From Oscillospiraceae bacterium (GTDB taxonomy: Bacteria; Bacillota; Clostridia; Oscillospirales; Ruminococcaceae), in NCBI GenBank assembly GCA_022508965.1, contig JAFLUD010000001.1:584-64583 (forward strand): a stretch of DNA of 64,000 bases, written 5' to 3'. The position numbers and the translations under genes were made by a program. Under the pieces are notes generated by a model that saw only the letters and a program-made list of their open reading frames with translations, ran no database searches and was not told the DNA's origin. Each line of letters opens with the position of its first letter. Position 1 is the stretch's first letter. Shown piece after piece: positions 1 to 9,095 of this stretch.

Positions 1-6
1 TTAGGA

Positions 7-687
7 GTGGTATTGATAGGCTGCCTGTTTTCACCCGAGCCTAATTTCCTGCTGCCGCTGAAGCTCTCTCCGATCTGCGCGGTGCTTATCGGACTGGAGA
101 TACTGTTCAACCAAGTAGCCACCCGCGGAAATTTCCGCATAAACATTCCCAGTATTATAATCTCCGCGTTGCTGGTGGTGGGCTGCTGCGTGATGTGCGT
201 CACGATGAACAAGAATTTCAGCAAGCAAAAGGAGGAATACAACAACCGCACCATCGCCGCCCAGATCTACGAAAAAAGCTATAAGGAGCTGCGGTATGTA
301 GCGGATATCGAGTCGCTTGACGTTCAGGTAGACTTAAACCCCGACGGCACGGGAAAAACCAAGGGCTTAGAAGCATTGTCCGCCGACGATTATGTAAATA
401 TCACGGTAAAGTTCGCGGGAGTAATTGATTCCCCCAAGAAATTCGCGTCAAATTGTAAAAAAATAATCGATGGTTACAGATTTATGGGGATCAATGTAAC
501 AAATTTCTATTTTGAGAATGAAAGCCCCTATCACACCTATAATCTCACAGTCGAGGGAAAATATGTCCAGGAATATTCCGAGAGCAAACTCGAGGAGCTT
601 GTAACACACATCTACATCGAAAATATGAGCTATTTTGAGGACTTAAAGGATCTTGATGAAGATTCCGAAGAAAAATCTGACAGTTAA
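7..687 (+). CDS. Hypothetical membrane-anchored protein, probably 5'-truncated by the window edge
   Basis: 226-aa ORF with two N-terminal hydrophobic segments, then a soluble domain and acidic tail; ends 17 nt before the next ORF. Confidence 0.65.
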   Translation: MVLIGCLFSPEPNFLLPLKLSPICAVLIGLEILFNQVATRGNFRINIPSIIISALLVVGCCVMCVTMNKNFSKQKEEYNNRTIAAQIYEKSYKELRYVADIESLDVQVDLNPDGTGKTKGLEALSADDYVNITVKFAGVIDSPKKFASNCKKIIDGYRFMGINVTNFYFENESPYHTYNLTVEGKYVQEYSESKLEELVTHIYIENMSYFEDLKDLDEDSEEKSDS

Positions 688-704
688 AAAATGAAAGGCA
701 AAAA

Positions 705-2933
705 ATGTTAACAGTTGAAAAAAAGACGGCGCTGTATAACTGCATAATGAGGCAGTTTCCCGACGCGGGATTATACCGCGCCACAAGAGTAGGAGAGTGG
801 CTTCATACAAACGGATACCTGCTGAATGATATGGGATATGCAACGTTTCGCGGCTTTGCGGAGGATTTTCCCGAAATGTTTTCGTTTCAGGACGACAATA
901 ATGACGAGTTTATCGAGATAAGAAAATGGCAGACAGGTGAAAGCGCAATGTACAACAATTTTTACACCAATCATCCCGCAGACAGCTTTTTCGGAACGGG
1001 CAATATAATCCTCAACGACGATATCATAGAAATGACCCAGCGCTCTCTCTATGCGCTCACAAAGATACTCGGAAACGGCTATACCGTACAGCAGATGAAG
1101 CAGGAGATATACGAAAAGTTCGACGAAGCGAAGCAAAACGGAAAATTGAACTTTTTCGGAGAACGCTATACCTTCCCGATAGGCTATTGCCAGGACGGAC
1201 TTCTGGTAAACGGAATAATAACCAAAAATCTGAGCCCCGTGGGTAAGAGCCTCTATTTCTCGTTCGACAAAACTCAGATATACCGTCCCGCCGCCGAGAT
1301 CGAGCATAAAGCTCCGCCGATAGGAGGCGAGATCTCCGAAGACGACAAGGAAAAGGTATATAAGCTGCTGACGGAGAATTTCGAGTGCGAACGTCGTCTC
1401 CACATGGCGGCGATCAGCAAATTCCTCGCCGATCACGGTATCAACCGAATGAAATACGGCTATTTCAAGATGAAGGATTTCCTTTCGGGACTGGAATATT
1501 TACAGCTCGACGAGGTAGTCCTCGGCGGAGTGCCGCAGGTAATGGTAACTATCCACGCCAATGAGAATTCCGCTCCCGAGCGTACGGACAACGCGACGCG
1601 CGTTATGAATTACAGGGAAGAGCCCGAGCCTGAAAACGCCGACGATACCGCGATCCCCGCGGGAAAGCTCTCCGAGATATGCAATCTTCCCATAAAGCCC
1701 ATGGCGATATTAGAGAGCTTCCTTACCGAAAAGGGGATCAAGACCGATTACTTCAAAATAGTTGAGGAACTAAACGCCGATTTTGACGAAGCGCGCTCCG
1801 GCAAAAAAATAAGAAACTACGATTCAAAGCTGATCTTCCCGTGCAGGTATTTGAAGGAGGACGGCTCAAACGTAGAGCTTACCATAAAACCCAGCGCCTA
1901 CGAGGGTAAGAAATGGTTCCTGTATTTTGTGGACACGCAGGTCCGCGACAGAAACCACCAAAACGGAAGCCCCGGAAAGCAGCTCGAAAACTTCGCGTTT
2001 TTGGGAAGTTGGTCAAACTTCCTCTCCGAGCTTGCCGCTAAGGCGGTCGATGAGGATTGGGACTTCTCCAACAGCCCGCGCAGGAATTACCAGATACTGA
2101 TCCAGTATATCAAATACACCTTCTCCCGCTTAATGCGCGAGAAAAAGGTGTGCATATCGAACGACCGCCAGTTCGCGTCGTTCAATACGGGACTTGCCGA
2201 CAACCACTACGACGATATCTACGCCTGCTTTGTCCCCAACGAACCCGGCAGCGATACCGAGTGGAAGTTCACGGGATTTTGTACAGCCGCGTCCGGAGGA
2301 CTCGGCAAGCAGCTCGTGAATTACTTCAATCCGCTTCCTCAGCCGCCCGCATATTTCCGACGCAACGAGGATCTGTTCTTCGATCACACCAAGCAGATCC
2401 ACACCGATTTCGAGCATATCATAATCGACAATATCAAGCGCCTGCCGCTGCAATTTCTGTACGACCAGTTCTTCGACAATTCTCAGGCTAAGGAATTGGT
2501 GGAGAAGATCCGCGCCTGCGGTCCCGATCGCATACAGAGAAACGCGCTTTACGAGGAGCTAAAAGAGCTTATCCTCGATAACAGCCGCCTGTTTGTGAGA
2601 ATACAAAACCGCCTCAAGGACTCCATAGAACTAGCCAGAAAGCGCGTTCGCTGGAATTACAAAACCGCGATCCCGTCGTATTTCCCAAAACGCGATTCCA
2701 TGTCGCTTATGCTGCCGCTGGCGCTGCTGGACGAGGTGAATCCCGACGTCGCGCTGGTAGTGGAGCTTACGCGCTCGGGAAGCTACCAGGGACAAACCAT
2801 TCTGACGCTCCCGCAGGCGTATATAGACGCGCGCCTGATGTGCAGACTGACAGGCGATTGGCTGACCCCCAAGCAGATCTTCGCCAACACCCCCGAAGAG
2901 CAGACCGACGAAGAATTGGGTGATATGGAGTAA
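705..2933 (+). CDS. DUF3825-family protein with two N-terminal LOTUS/OST-HTH-like domains
   Basis: C-terminal FASFNTGL..IYACF..N and ARKRVRWNYKTAIPSYF..SLMLPL..ALVV..YQGQTILTL..AY.DARL motifs typical of DUF3825; two segments with LOTUS-like pattern (VGEWL..MGYATFRGF, ISKFL..YGYFKMKDFL); RBS GAAAGG. Confidence 0.75.
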   Translation: MLTVEKKTALYNCIMRQFPDAGLYRATRVGEWLHTNGYLLNDMGYATFRGFAEDFPEMFSFQDDNNDEFIEIRKWQTGESAMYNNFYTNHPADSFFGTGNIILNDDIIEMTQRSLYALTKILGNGYTVQQMKQEIYEKFDEAKQNGKLNFFGERYTFPIGYCQDGLLVNGIITKNLSPVGKSLYFSFDKTQIYRPAAEIEHKAPPIGGEISEDDKEKVYKLLTENFECERRLHMAAISKFLADHGINRMKYGYFKMKDFLSGLEYLQLDEVVLGGVPQVMVTIHANENSAPERTDNATRVMNYREEPEPENADDTAIPAGKLSEICNLPIKPMAILESFLTEKGIKTDYFKIVEELNADFDEARSGKKIRNYDSKLIFPCRYLKEDGSNVELTIKPSAYEGKKWFLYFVDTQVRDRNHQNGSPGKQLENFAFLGSWSNFLSELAAKAVDEDWDFSNSPRRNYQILIQYIKYTFSRLMREKKVCISNDRQFASFNTGLADNHYDDIYACFVPNEPGSDTEWKFTGFCTAASGGLGKQLVNYFNPLPQPPAYFRRNEDLFFDHTKQIHTDFEHIIIDNIKRLPLQFLYDQFFDNSQAKELVEKIRACGPDRIQRNALYEELKELILDNSRLFVRIQNRLKDSIELARKRVRWNYKTAIPSYFPKRDSMSLMLPLALLDEVNPDVALVVELTRSGSYQGQTILTLPQAYIDARLMCRLTGDWLTPKQIFANTPEEQTDEELGDME

Positions 2934-3931
2934 TGTTCGACATCGAGAAATTCCGTGCGCTGAATTTCATCGGAAGTAAAATCGCCGCCTGGGACAATTG
3001 GGGCGACAGATATGTTCTTCGCGGAGACTTCGCCTGTTTTGACGAAATTCCTCACTTCAATTTTTACTTCCGTTCAGTCTCAGGTTTGGAGAACTCACGG
3101 GAAATAGTCGGCGCGGAGATAATAAAGTTCGACATTGACGAAGAAAACCGCGTTAAAATTCTCCTGCAAAAGGAAACCCAAACCGTAACGCTCGAATTCA
3201 CCTGCGAATCGGTCAGCTTGGATTTGCTGAAATACAGGGGAATGTCCTACAAAAACCTGTATTCGGTCTGGGAAAAGCGGCTTGCTGAATACGCCTATGT
3301 CGAGTGCGAGGAATATTTTGCAGGCGAGGAGGAATATCCGCTCCCGGACGGTTGGACGCTTAGTATCAAGTCATACAGCCACATTGAAAAAAACGTGTTT
3401 CGTGCTCATATCGACAGTTGCACACTCACGAACGGAGAGGAAACCTTCCGATATACCTCCGACTACAATCACGCCAGACCGTTCCAAGAGTTTATACACC
3501 ACAAAAACGGGCACAGATATTTCCCGTTCCACATTGACCTGTACGGAATAAGCTACCGCGATATGGAAACGGGCGAGACGTATCATTACATTCCCGAGGG
3601 CTATCAGCACGACGCCTCATACGATTTCGGAGAATCCTTCATAATCACCGACATTCACTACGACCCGAATACGAATCTGATAGCATACGGCGGCTGTTAT
3701 TGGGCGGCACCGTATGAAGTTATGGTGGGGGACTTCTCCGACCCGCTGAATTTCAATCCACATCTCGCAAATATTCACGAAATTGTCGACCCCGATTATG
3801 AGGAAATAGACGACCTCGATTTCAAACGCTTTGAAGAAAAGGGAATAGTAGTCGCCGATGTAAGCGGCAAGGAGTACTTCGTGGAATACGACCTGATCTT
3901 CAAGATAATAAGATCAAAAACCCAAAAATAA
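2933..3931 (+). CDS. Hypothetical protein (C-terminal GCYWAAPY..GDFSDP motif)
   Basis: 332-aa ORF, TAATG overlap with the upstream stop, followed by a terminator. Confidence 0.75.
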   Translation: MFDIEKFRALNFIGSKIAAWDNWGDRYVLRGDFACFDEIPHFNFYFRSVSGLENSREIVGAEIIKFDIDEENRVKILLQKETQTVTLEFTCESVSLDLLKYRGMSYKNLYSVWEKRLAEYAYVECEEYFAGEEEYPLPDGWTLSIKSYSHIEKNVFRAHIDSCTLTNGEETFRYTSDYNHARPFQEFIHHKNGHRYFPFHIDLYGISYRDMETGETYHYIPEGYQHDASYDFGESFIITDIHYDPNTNLIAYGGCYWAAPYEVMVGDFSDPLNFNPHLANIHEIVDPDYEEIDDLDFKRFEEKGIVVADVSGKEYFVEYDLIFKIIRSKTQK

Positions 3932-3933
3932 GC

Positions 3934-3963
3934 AAACCTCCTTCAATAACCGAAGGAGGTTTT
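3934..3963 (+). terminator. Intrinsic terminator
   Basis: AAACCTCCTTC / GAAGGAGGTTT inverted repeat ending in a T run right after the stop. Confidence 0.75.
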
Positions 3964-3989
3964 AAAGTTGTAGAAAACATGAAAAAACC

Positions 3990-4067
3990 GGGATTCCAAA
4001 GGGACGAGTCCCCCGCACTAGAGGTCGTGGGGGCAGAGCCCCCACAAAAAGAACGCCCCCACAAAAA
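3990..4067. repeat. REP-like GC-rich double hairpin with 13-bp duplication
   Basis: GGGAC-GA-GTCCC (4001-4012), GTGGGGGC-AGA-GCCCCCAC (4027-4045), GCCCCCACAAAAA at 4038 and 4055. Confidence 0.6.
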
Positions 4068-5249
4068 CTATCTGATCTCAAAATCCTCCGAGGCTTGGAA
4101 GATAACCGATGTAGTTTTGCAGTCCTCAAGCCTGCTGCCTTTTTCGGTGAGCTGCTGAACAGCGCCGAAAATGGAGCTTATGCCGACGAGCATACGGAAC
4201 AGATCGTCGGTCTTAGCGCCGAAAACGCCCGCGTCAAACATAGAGAACATAAGATTTTTCAGCGTATAGAAATCCGCGAGCTGGTTTTTGTAGACATTGA
4301 TACGCTCTCCGCCGCCGACAGATATCAGCATATCCTCCGCGAATGACATCTGCGAGAAAGCGTTCTCCGCGCAGATCTCCGGCAGGAACATATAACATTC
4401 CTCCGCAAGAGTTGGGTCGCCCAAAGCCTCTTTAAGCCGCGGCACGACCATATCGGTAGTCTCGTTCGGATCGCAGTTAAGGATAAGTTCTAGAGCCTGC
4501 TTCAGCTTTGCCGAAAGCGTTGGGATCTTCGCGCCGCCCGCGTAAGGGTAGGGAAGTACCGTTTCGGGTTCCTGTTTAATAAAGAAGAATTGCTTATCCG
4601 AAGCGAACTGTTCCACATTCCATTTCTCGGCAACTCCCGCAACCAGCGCGCCAAGCTCTGCGCTCGCAACGTCGTTGATACGGCATTCACCCGTGATATT
4701 CGTACCGTCCGGACCCACAGTCTTCGCCGCGTAAACCTTCACATAACACAGCCTCTGATTTCCGAGCCGCTTTATAATGTGCTCCCTCAAAAGCTCCCAG
4801 AAGCTCTCGCGGTTTTTATCAAGCTGCTCGCCCATGCCCACGGAATTGCTCTCATAGACCCGCCAGCGGTGAGTATGCCCCGCGAATTCACTTTCGATGG
4901 GAACATAGGTGTTGTCCTCCATCATTAAAGCGATCCCATGCAAAAACGAGAACAAAAACGAGCCCATCGCCGTACCGATCGCGCTGTGGGAATCCTTGCC
5001 GATGCCCGCACAGCACTCAAACAGCGGCTCCTCCCAATCGGGATTGGATAAATAGAAGTTGATAACCGCGCTTCGGTCGGTAAGCTGGTCGATTTTAGGA
5101 GAAATGGTAAGCTCCCATTCGGGAACGATCACCTTGTTATCCCGAATTTCATTCTTAACGGTAAGACAGTTGTGAATGTCATCGAGGATCATCTCCATCG
5201 GGTCTTTCGATCCGTGATGAACGTCTTTATTCTTTTTGAAGAACCCCAT
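4068..5249 (-). CDS. Conserved hypothetical protein (DUF6348-like)
   Basis: 393-aa ORF coupled to pduL (TAATG overlap); LFECCAGIG and GECRIN motifs recall DUF6348, family call tentative. Confidence 0.65.
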   Translation of the reverse strand: MGFFKKNKDVHHGSKDPMEMILDDIHNCLTVKNEIRDNKVIVPEWELTISPKIDQLTDRSAVINFYLSNPDWEEPLFECCAGIGKDSHSAIGTAMGSFLFSFLHGIALMMEDNTYVPIESEFAGHTHRWRVYESNSVGMGEQLDKNRESFWELLREHIIKRLGNQRLCYVKVYAAKTVGPDGTNITGECRINDVASAELGALVAGVAEKWNVEQFASDKQFFFIKQEPETVLPYPYAGGAKIPTLSAKLKQALELILNCDPNETTDMVVPRLKEALGDPTLAEECYMFLPEICAENAFSQMSFAEDMLISVGGGERINVYKNQLADFYTLKNLMFSMFDAGVFGAKTDDLFRMLVGISSIFGAVQQLTEKGSRLEDCKTTSVIFQASEDFEIR

Positions 5250-5827
5250 TAAAGCTCCTTAAGGATCTCGCCCATAAGGTTAGGAGTAGCGCCGATAGCG
5301 TTGGATTCGTCGGTATCTATGTGCATAGCGTCCGCAAAAGTATCGCTGACTCTTACAACAACGTCTCCGAGAACAGCAGCTCTGCCGTTGGTATTGCACT
5401 TTACCCAAACAACATCCTTGTTCTTAACACCGAGCTTATCAGCGGTCTCGGGAGTAAGGTGAATATGGCGCTTTGCAACAATAACGCCCTCTTTAATGGT
5501 AACTTCTCCCGCAGGACCCTTAAGGGTGCAGCCGGGAGTACCCGCGATGTCGCCGCTCTCGCGAACCGCGATATCAACGCCGATAGAACGCGCGTCGGTA
5601 GCGGAAAGCTCCACCTGATCGGCGTTGCGGCAGGGGCCGAGAATACTTACATTAGCGATCTCCTTCTTAGGACCCACAACAGTAACTCTCTGCTCGCTCG
5701 CATACTGTCCGGGCTGAGACAGATCCTTTTTCTTGGTGAGCTGCGCGCCCTTACCGAAAAGGGTCTCCAAGGTTTCCTGAGTAACATGAACGTGACGTGC
5801 CGACGTTTCGATAAGAATTTCTGCCAT
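5249..5827 (-). CDS. pduL: PduL-type phosphate acyltransferase (phosphotransacylase)
   Basis: SARHVH, LSQPGQYA, VRESGD, AKRHIH, MHIDTDESNA motifs; GGAGG RBS before ATG 5827. Confidence 0.93.
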   Translation of the reverse strand: MAEILIETSARHVHVTQETLETLFGKGAQLTKKKDLSQPGQYASEQRVTVVGPKKEIANVSILGPCRNADQVELSATDARSIGVDIAVRESGDIAGTPGCTLKGPAGEVTIKEGVIVAKRHIHLTPETADKLGVKNKDVVWVKCNTNGRAAVLGDVVVRVSDTFADAMHIDTDESNAIGATPNLMGEILKEL

Positions 5828-5873
5828 TGTAATTTCCTCCATTTAAAAGGGCAATGCCCAAATTTACATATTA

Positions 5874-5902
5874 ATTATACAACTTTTTTAAAAAAAAATC
5901 AA
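5874..5902 (-). promoter_or_regulatory. Sigma-A promoter for pduL operon
   Basis: TTGATT-17-TATAAT on the minus strand. Confidence 0.65.
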
Positions 5903-5920
5903 TAAATTTCCGTAAAACTA

Positions 5921-5949
5921 TTGCAATTTTGATAAAAATATGTTATAAT
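5921..5949 (+). promoter_or_regulatory. Sigma-A promoter for the fur/znu operon
   Basis: TTGCAA-17-TATAAT with extended TG. Confidence 0.75.
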
Positions 5950-5956
5950 TTGAAAA

Positions 5957-5971
5957 TGAGAATCACTATCA
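5957..5971 (+). promoter_or_regulatory. Fur-family operator (7-1-7)
   Basis: TGAGAAT-C-ACTATCA versus consensus TGATAAT-N-ATTATCA, just downstream of the -10. Confidence 0.6.
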
Positions 5972-6001
5972 CTTTAGTATTTTAAGAGTTACGGAGATAA
6001 T

Positions 6002-6406
6002 ATGGACAGGAACAATTACAACACCAAACAGCGCGACGAAATAGTTGAGTTCTTCAATCAGCACCGCGGGAAATGCTTTACTGCCAAAGAGCTGATAAAA
6101 AGCGGAGAATTAAGCTCCGGCGAAGCGACCGTCTACCGCGCACTGTCAAAGCTCACCAACCAGGGGATATTGAAGCGCTTTACCGACGGCGAAGCCGCGT
6201 GTTATCAGCTTAACGAGTCGGAAGCCTGCTCCAGCCATTTTCACTTAAAGTGCGAACAGTGCGGCAGACTTATCCACATGGATTGCGATTTTCTGACGGA
6301 TATGAAACGCCATATTGAGAACGCCCACGGCTTCAACGTTGACATCGGAAAAACGGTCATCTACGGGTTTTGCGGCAACTGCACAGAGGAGAAAAGCGAT
6401 GATTAA
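6002..6406 (+). CDS. Fur-family transcriptional regulator (Zur-like by context)
   Basis: TKQR..I, ATVYRAL, HFHLKCEQCG and GFCGNC motifs. Confidence 0.92.
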   Translation: MDRNNYNTKQRDEIVEFFNQHRGKCFTAKELIKSGELSSGEATVYRALSKLTNQGILKRFTDGEAACYQLNESEACSSHFHLKCEQCGRLIHMDCDFLTDMKRHIENAHGFNVDIGKTVIYGFCGNCTEEKSDD

Positions 6407-7331
6407 AAGGCTGATCTCCGTTTTGCTTTTTGTAGCGACAGTTCTGTTTAGCGGCTGTTCGGAGAATATCCAAGCTCCCGACGGTGAAAAGCTGAAAATA
6501 GTCACGACGATTTTCCCCGCGTATGATTTCGCGCGTCAGGTTTTCGGGAACACCGCCGAGATAACGCTTCTGCTGAAGCCCGGCACCGAAAGCCACAGCT
6601 ACGACCCCAGCGCGCGAGATATCGTAAAGATCGACGGCTGCGACCTGTTTATCTACAACGGCGGCGAGTCGGACGAATGGGTGGAGAATATTCTCAGATC
6701 CTCCGATCATGTGAATTCATTGAGAATGATGGACGCCGTCGAGGCCCTCGAGGAAGACCACGAAAACATCGCCGAAGATTTTGCGGAAGAGGAAGAAGAC
6801 GAATACGACGAGCATATCTGGACGTCTCCTAAAAACGCCGCACTGATAGTCGAGAGCATAAAAGCAGCCGCCGAGCAGCTTTCTCCCGAAAACGCGGGCT
6901 ATTACGAAAGCGCCGCCAACAACTATATAGCGCAGATTAACGCACTTGACAAGCGCTTTGAGGAGCTTCTGTCGGATGAATCCCGCTATTTCATATTCGG
7001 CGACCGATTTCCGCTGCTCTATTTTTTCAGGGAATATAAGTTGAACTATTACGCGGCGTTTCCGGGCTGCGGAAGCGAGACCGAGCCGTCCGCGCAGACG
7101 ATAGCGTTTCTGACTGAAAGGCTGCGCCAAACAGATACTGTGCAGACGGTATTTTATATCGAACTGTCCAATCATAAGCTGGCGGAAACGCTAGCGAACG
7201 AAAACGCGCTTCCCACCGCCGAATTCCACACCTGCCACAATATCACGTCAAAGGATTTTGAAGCGGGGGAAAGCTACGTTTCTCTTATGGAAAGGAATCT
7301 TGCCATGCTGGAGAACGCGCTTGTGCAGTAA
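6399..7331 (+). CDS. znuA: Metal ABC transporter lipoprotein (ZnuA/AdcA family)
   Basis: Lipobox LFSGC, ESHSYDP, DEHIWTSP, ETEPS motifs; GAGGAG RBS before ATG 6399. Confidence 0.9.
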   Translation: MIKRLISVLLFVATVLFSGCSENIQAPDGEKLKIVTTIFPAYDFARQVFGNTAEITLLLKPGTESHSYDPSARDIVKIDGCDLFIYNGGESDEWVENILRSSDHVNSLRMMDAVEALEEDHENIAEDFAEEEEDEYDEHIWTSPKNAALIVESIKAAAEQLSPENAGYYESAANNYIAQINALDKRFEELLSDESRYFIFGDRFPLLYFFREYKLNYYAAFPGCGSETEPSAQTIAFLTERLRQTDTVQTVFYIELSNHKLAETLANENALPTAEFHTCHNITSKDFEAGESYVSLMERNLAMLENALVQ

Positions 7332-7353
7332 TTTATCAATATCGAGGGACAAA

Positions 7354-8061
7354 ATGGCACTTATCAAAACAGAAAATCTGAGTATGTCGTATGAAAATAT
7401 GACGGTAATAGAAAATCTCAGCTTCGAGGTAAACAGCGGCGACTATCTGTGCATCGTCGGAGAAAACGGCTCCGGCAAAAGCACATTGATAAAAGCGCTG
7501 TTGGGACTAAAAAAGCCCTCGGTGGGCGCTATCACATTCGGAGACGGTCTTCTTCAAAAGGAGATAGGCTATCTTCCGCAGCAGACAAACGCCCAGCGCG
7601 ATTTTCCTGCAAGTGTTTACGAGGTGGTGATCTCCGGCTGCTTAAATTCCCGTGGGATCCGCCCGTTCTATTCCGTCAAAGAACGCAAGCTCACGTTAGA
7701 GAATATGTCGCGTCTCGGAATATCCGAGCTTAAAAGCCGCAGCTACCGCGAATTATCGGGCGGTCAGCAGCAGCGAGTGTTGTTAGCGCGTGCATTATGC
7801 GCGACAAAGAAGCTGCTGCTTTTGGACGAACCTGTCTCCGGACTCGACCCCATGGTAACAGCCGAGCTTTACGGGCTGATATCCGAGATCAATCAAAGCG
7901 GAGTTACGGTTATTATGGTAACGCACGATATGTCGGCGGCGCTGAAATACGCAAGCCACGTCTTGTGTATGAGGGAAGATGACTGCTTTTTCGGAACCAC
8001 CGCGGAATTTATGAAAAGCGATGCCGCGAACTTTTTAAAGGGGGAAACAGAGCGTGGATGA
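7354..8061 (+). CDS. znuC: Metal ABC transporter ATPase
   Basis: GENGSGKST, GYLPQ, LSGGQQQR, LLLDEP, VTHD. Confidence 0.92.
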   Translation: MALIKTENLSMSYENMTVIENLSFEVNSGDYLCIVGENGSGKSTLIKALLGLKKPSVGAITFGDGLLQKEIGYLPQQTNAQRDFPASVYEVVISGCLNSRGIRPFYSVKERKLTLENMSRLGISELKSRSYRELSGGQQQRVLLARALCATKKLLLLDEPVSGLDPMVTAELYGLISEINQSGVTVIMVTHDMSAALKYASHVLCMREDDCFFGTTAEFMKSDAANFLKGETERG

Positions 8062-8881
8062 AATAATATCCGAGATCTTCACAGCGCCGATATTGGTACG
8101 CGCTCTGATAGTGGGAGTATTGGTGTCCCTGTGCGCGTCTCTTTTGGGAGTAAGCCTAGTGCTCAAGCGTTATTCCATGATCGGCGACGGATTGTCGCAC
8201 GTCGGCTTCGGCGCACTGGCAGTTGCAACGGTAATGAACCTAGCCCCCATGGCGGTGGCGATCCCCGTGGTAATTCTTGCGGCATTTTTGCTGTTACGGC
8301 TATCCTCAAGCGGAAAGATCAAAGGCGACGCCGCGATAGCGTTGATATCGACAAGCGCGCTTGCGATCGGCGTTATGGCAGTCTCCATGTCACGTGGAAT
8401 GAACATCGACATAAACAGCTACCTATTCGGCTCGATAATATCGGTAAGCAAAGGCGACGTGATAACCAGCGTAGTTTTAACGTCTGCGGTGCTTGTGATG
8501 TTCATTCTGTTCTATACAAAGATATTCGCGATCACCTTTGACGAGAGCTTCGCGAAAGCCACGGGGATCCGCGTCGATCTTTACAATATGCTCATAGCGC
8601 TCCTCACGGCGGTGACAATAGTAATAGGCATGAGACTTATGGGCAGTATGCTGATCTCCAGCCTGATAATATTCCCCGCGTTGTGTTCAATGCGCGTTTT
8701 CAAGAGCTTCCGTTCGGTAACGCTGTGCTCCGCGGCAATTTCCGTAGCTGCGTTTATAATGGGAATGATAATTTCCTACGCCGCCGACACCCCCTGCGGA
8801 GCCTCGATAGTCTGCGTGAATATAGCGTTTTTCGCAGTCTTTTCGGCAATCGGAGCAATACGTGGCAGGGTAAGAGCATAA
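8054..8881 (+). CDS. znuB: Metal ABC transporter permease
   Basis: IGDGLSHV, YLFGSI, TFDESFA motifs, multiple TM helices. Confidence 0.92.
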   Translation: MDEIISEIFTAPILVRALIVGVLVSLCASLLGVSLVLKRYSMIGDGLSHVGFGALAVATVMNLAPMAVAIPVVILAAFLLLRLSSSGKIKGDAAIALISTSALAIGVMAVSMSRGMNIDINSYLFGSIISVSKGDVITSVVLTSAVLVMFILFYTKIFAITFDESFAKATGIRVDLYNMLIALLTAVTIVIGMRLMGSMLISSLIIFPALCSMRVFKSFRSVTLCSAAISVAAFIMGMIISYAADTPCGASIVCVNIAFFAVFSAIGAIRGRVRA

Positions 8882-8908
8882 CGTGATCATTTTTTAACTA
8901 AGAATAAT

Positions 8909-9014
8909 GGACTGCCGAGAAGAAGCCCCCAGCTGCTAGGAAACCGTATAGCTGCTAGCCTTTGTGGCTGCCGCTATGCGGTTGACAACGCAGATGAGGG
9001 GTTATCGACAGTCC
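8909..9014. mobile_element. 106-bp rod-like palindromic element (MITE-like or structured RNA)
   Basis: Terminal IR GGACTGCCGA / TCGACAGTCC with nested stems CCCC..CTGC / GCAG..GGGG and AACCGTATAGC / GCTATGCGGTT. Confidence 0.55.
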
Positions 9015-9019
9015 AAAAA

Positions 9020-9045
9020 AAGGGAACACCGAAAGGTGTTCCTTT
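9020..9045 (+). terminator. Intrinsic terminator, possibly bidirectional
   Basis: GGAACACC-GAAA-GGTGTTCC with A run before and TTT after. Confidence 0.7.
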
Positions 9046-9060
9046 AAAAAATCCTAAGAA

Positions 9061-9089
9061 AAAAGGGGACATCGAAATGTCCCCCTTTT
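9061..9089 (-). terminator. Intrinsic terminator of the hydrogenase-MCP gene
   Basis: GGGGACAT-CGAA-ATGTCCCC flanked by A and T runs. Confidence 0.75.
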
Positions 9090-9095
9090 GATTTT

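Noticed and set aside
8909-9014. Riboswitch or tRNA
   Set aside because: Lies 3' of two convergent genes; no recognisable aptamer or cloverleaf motifs
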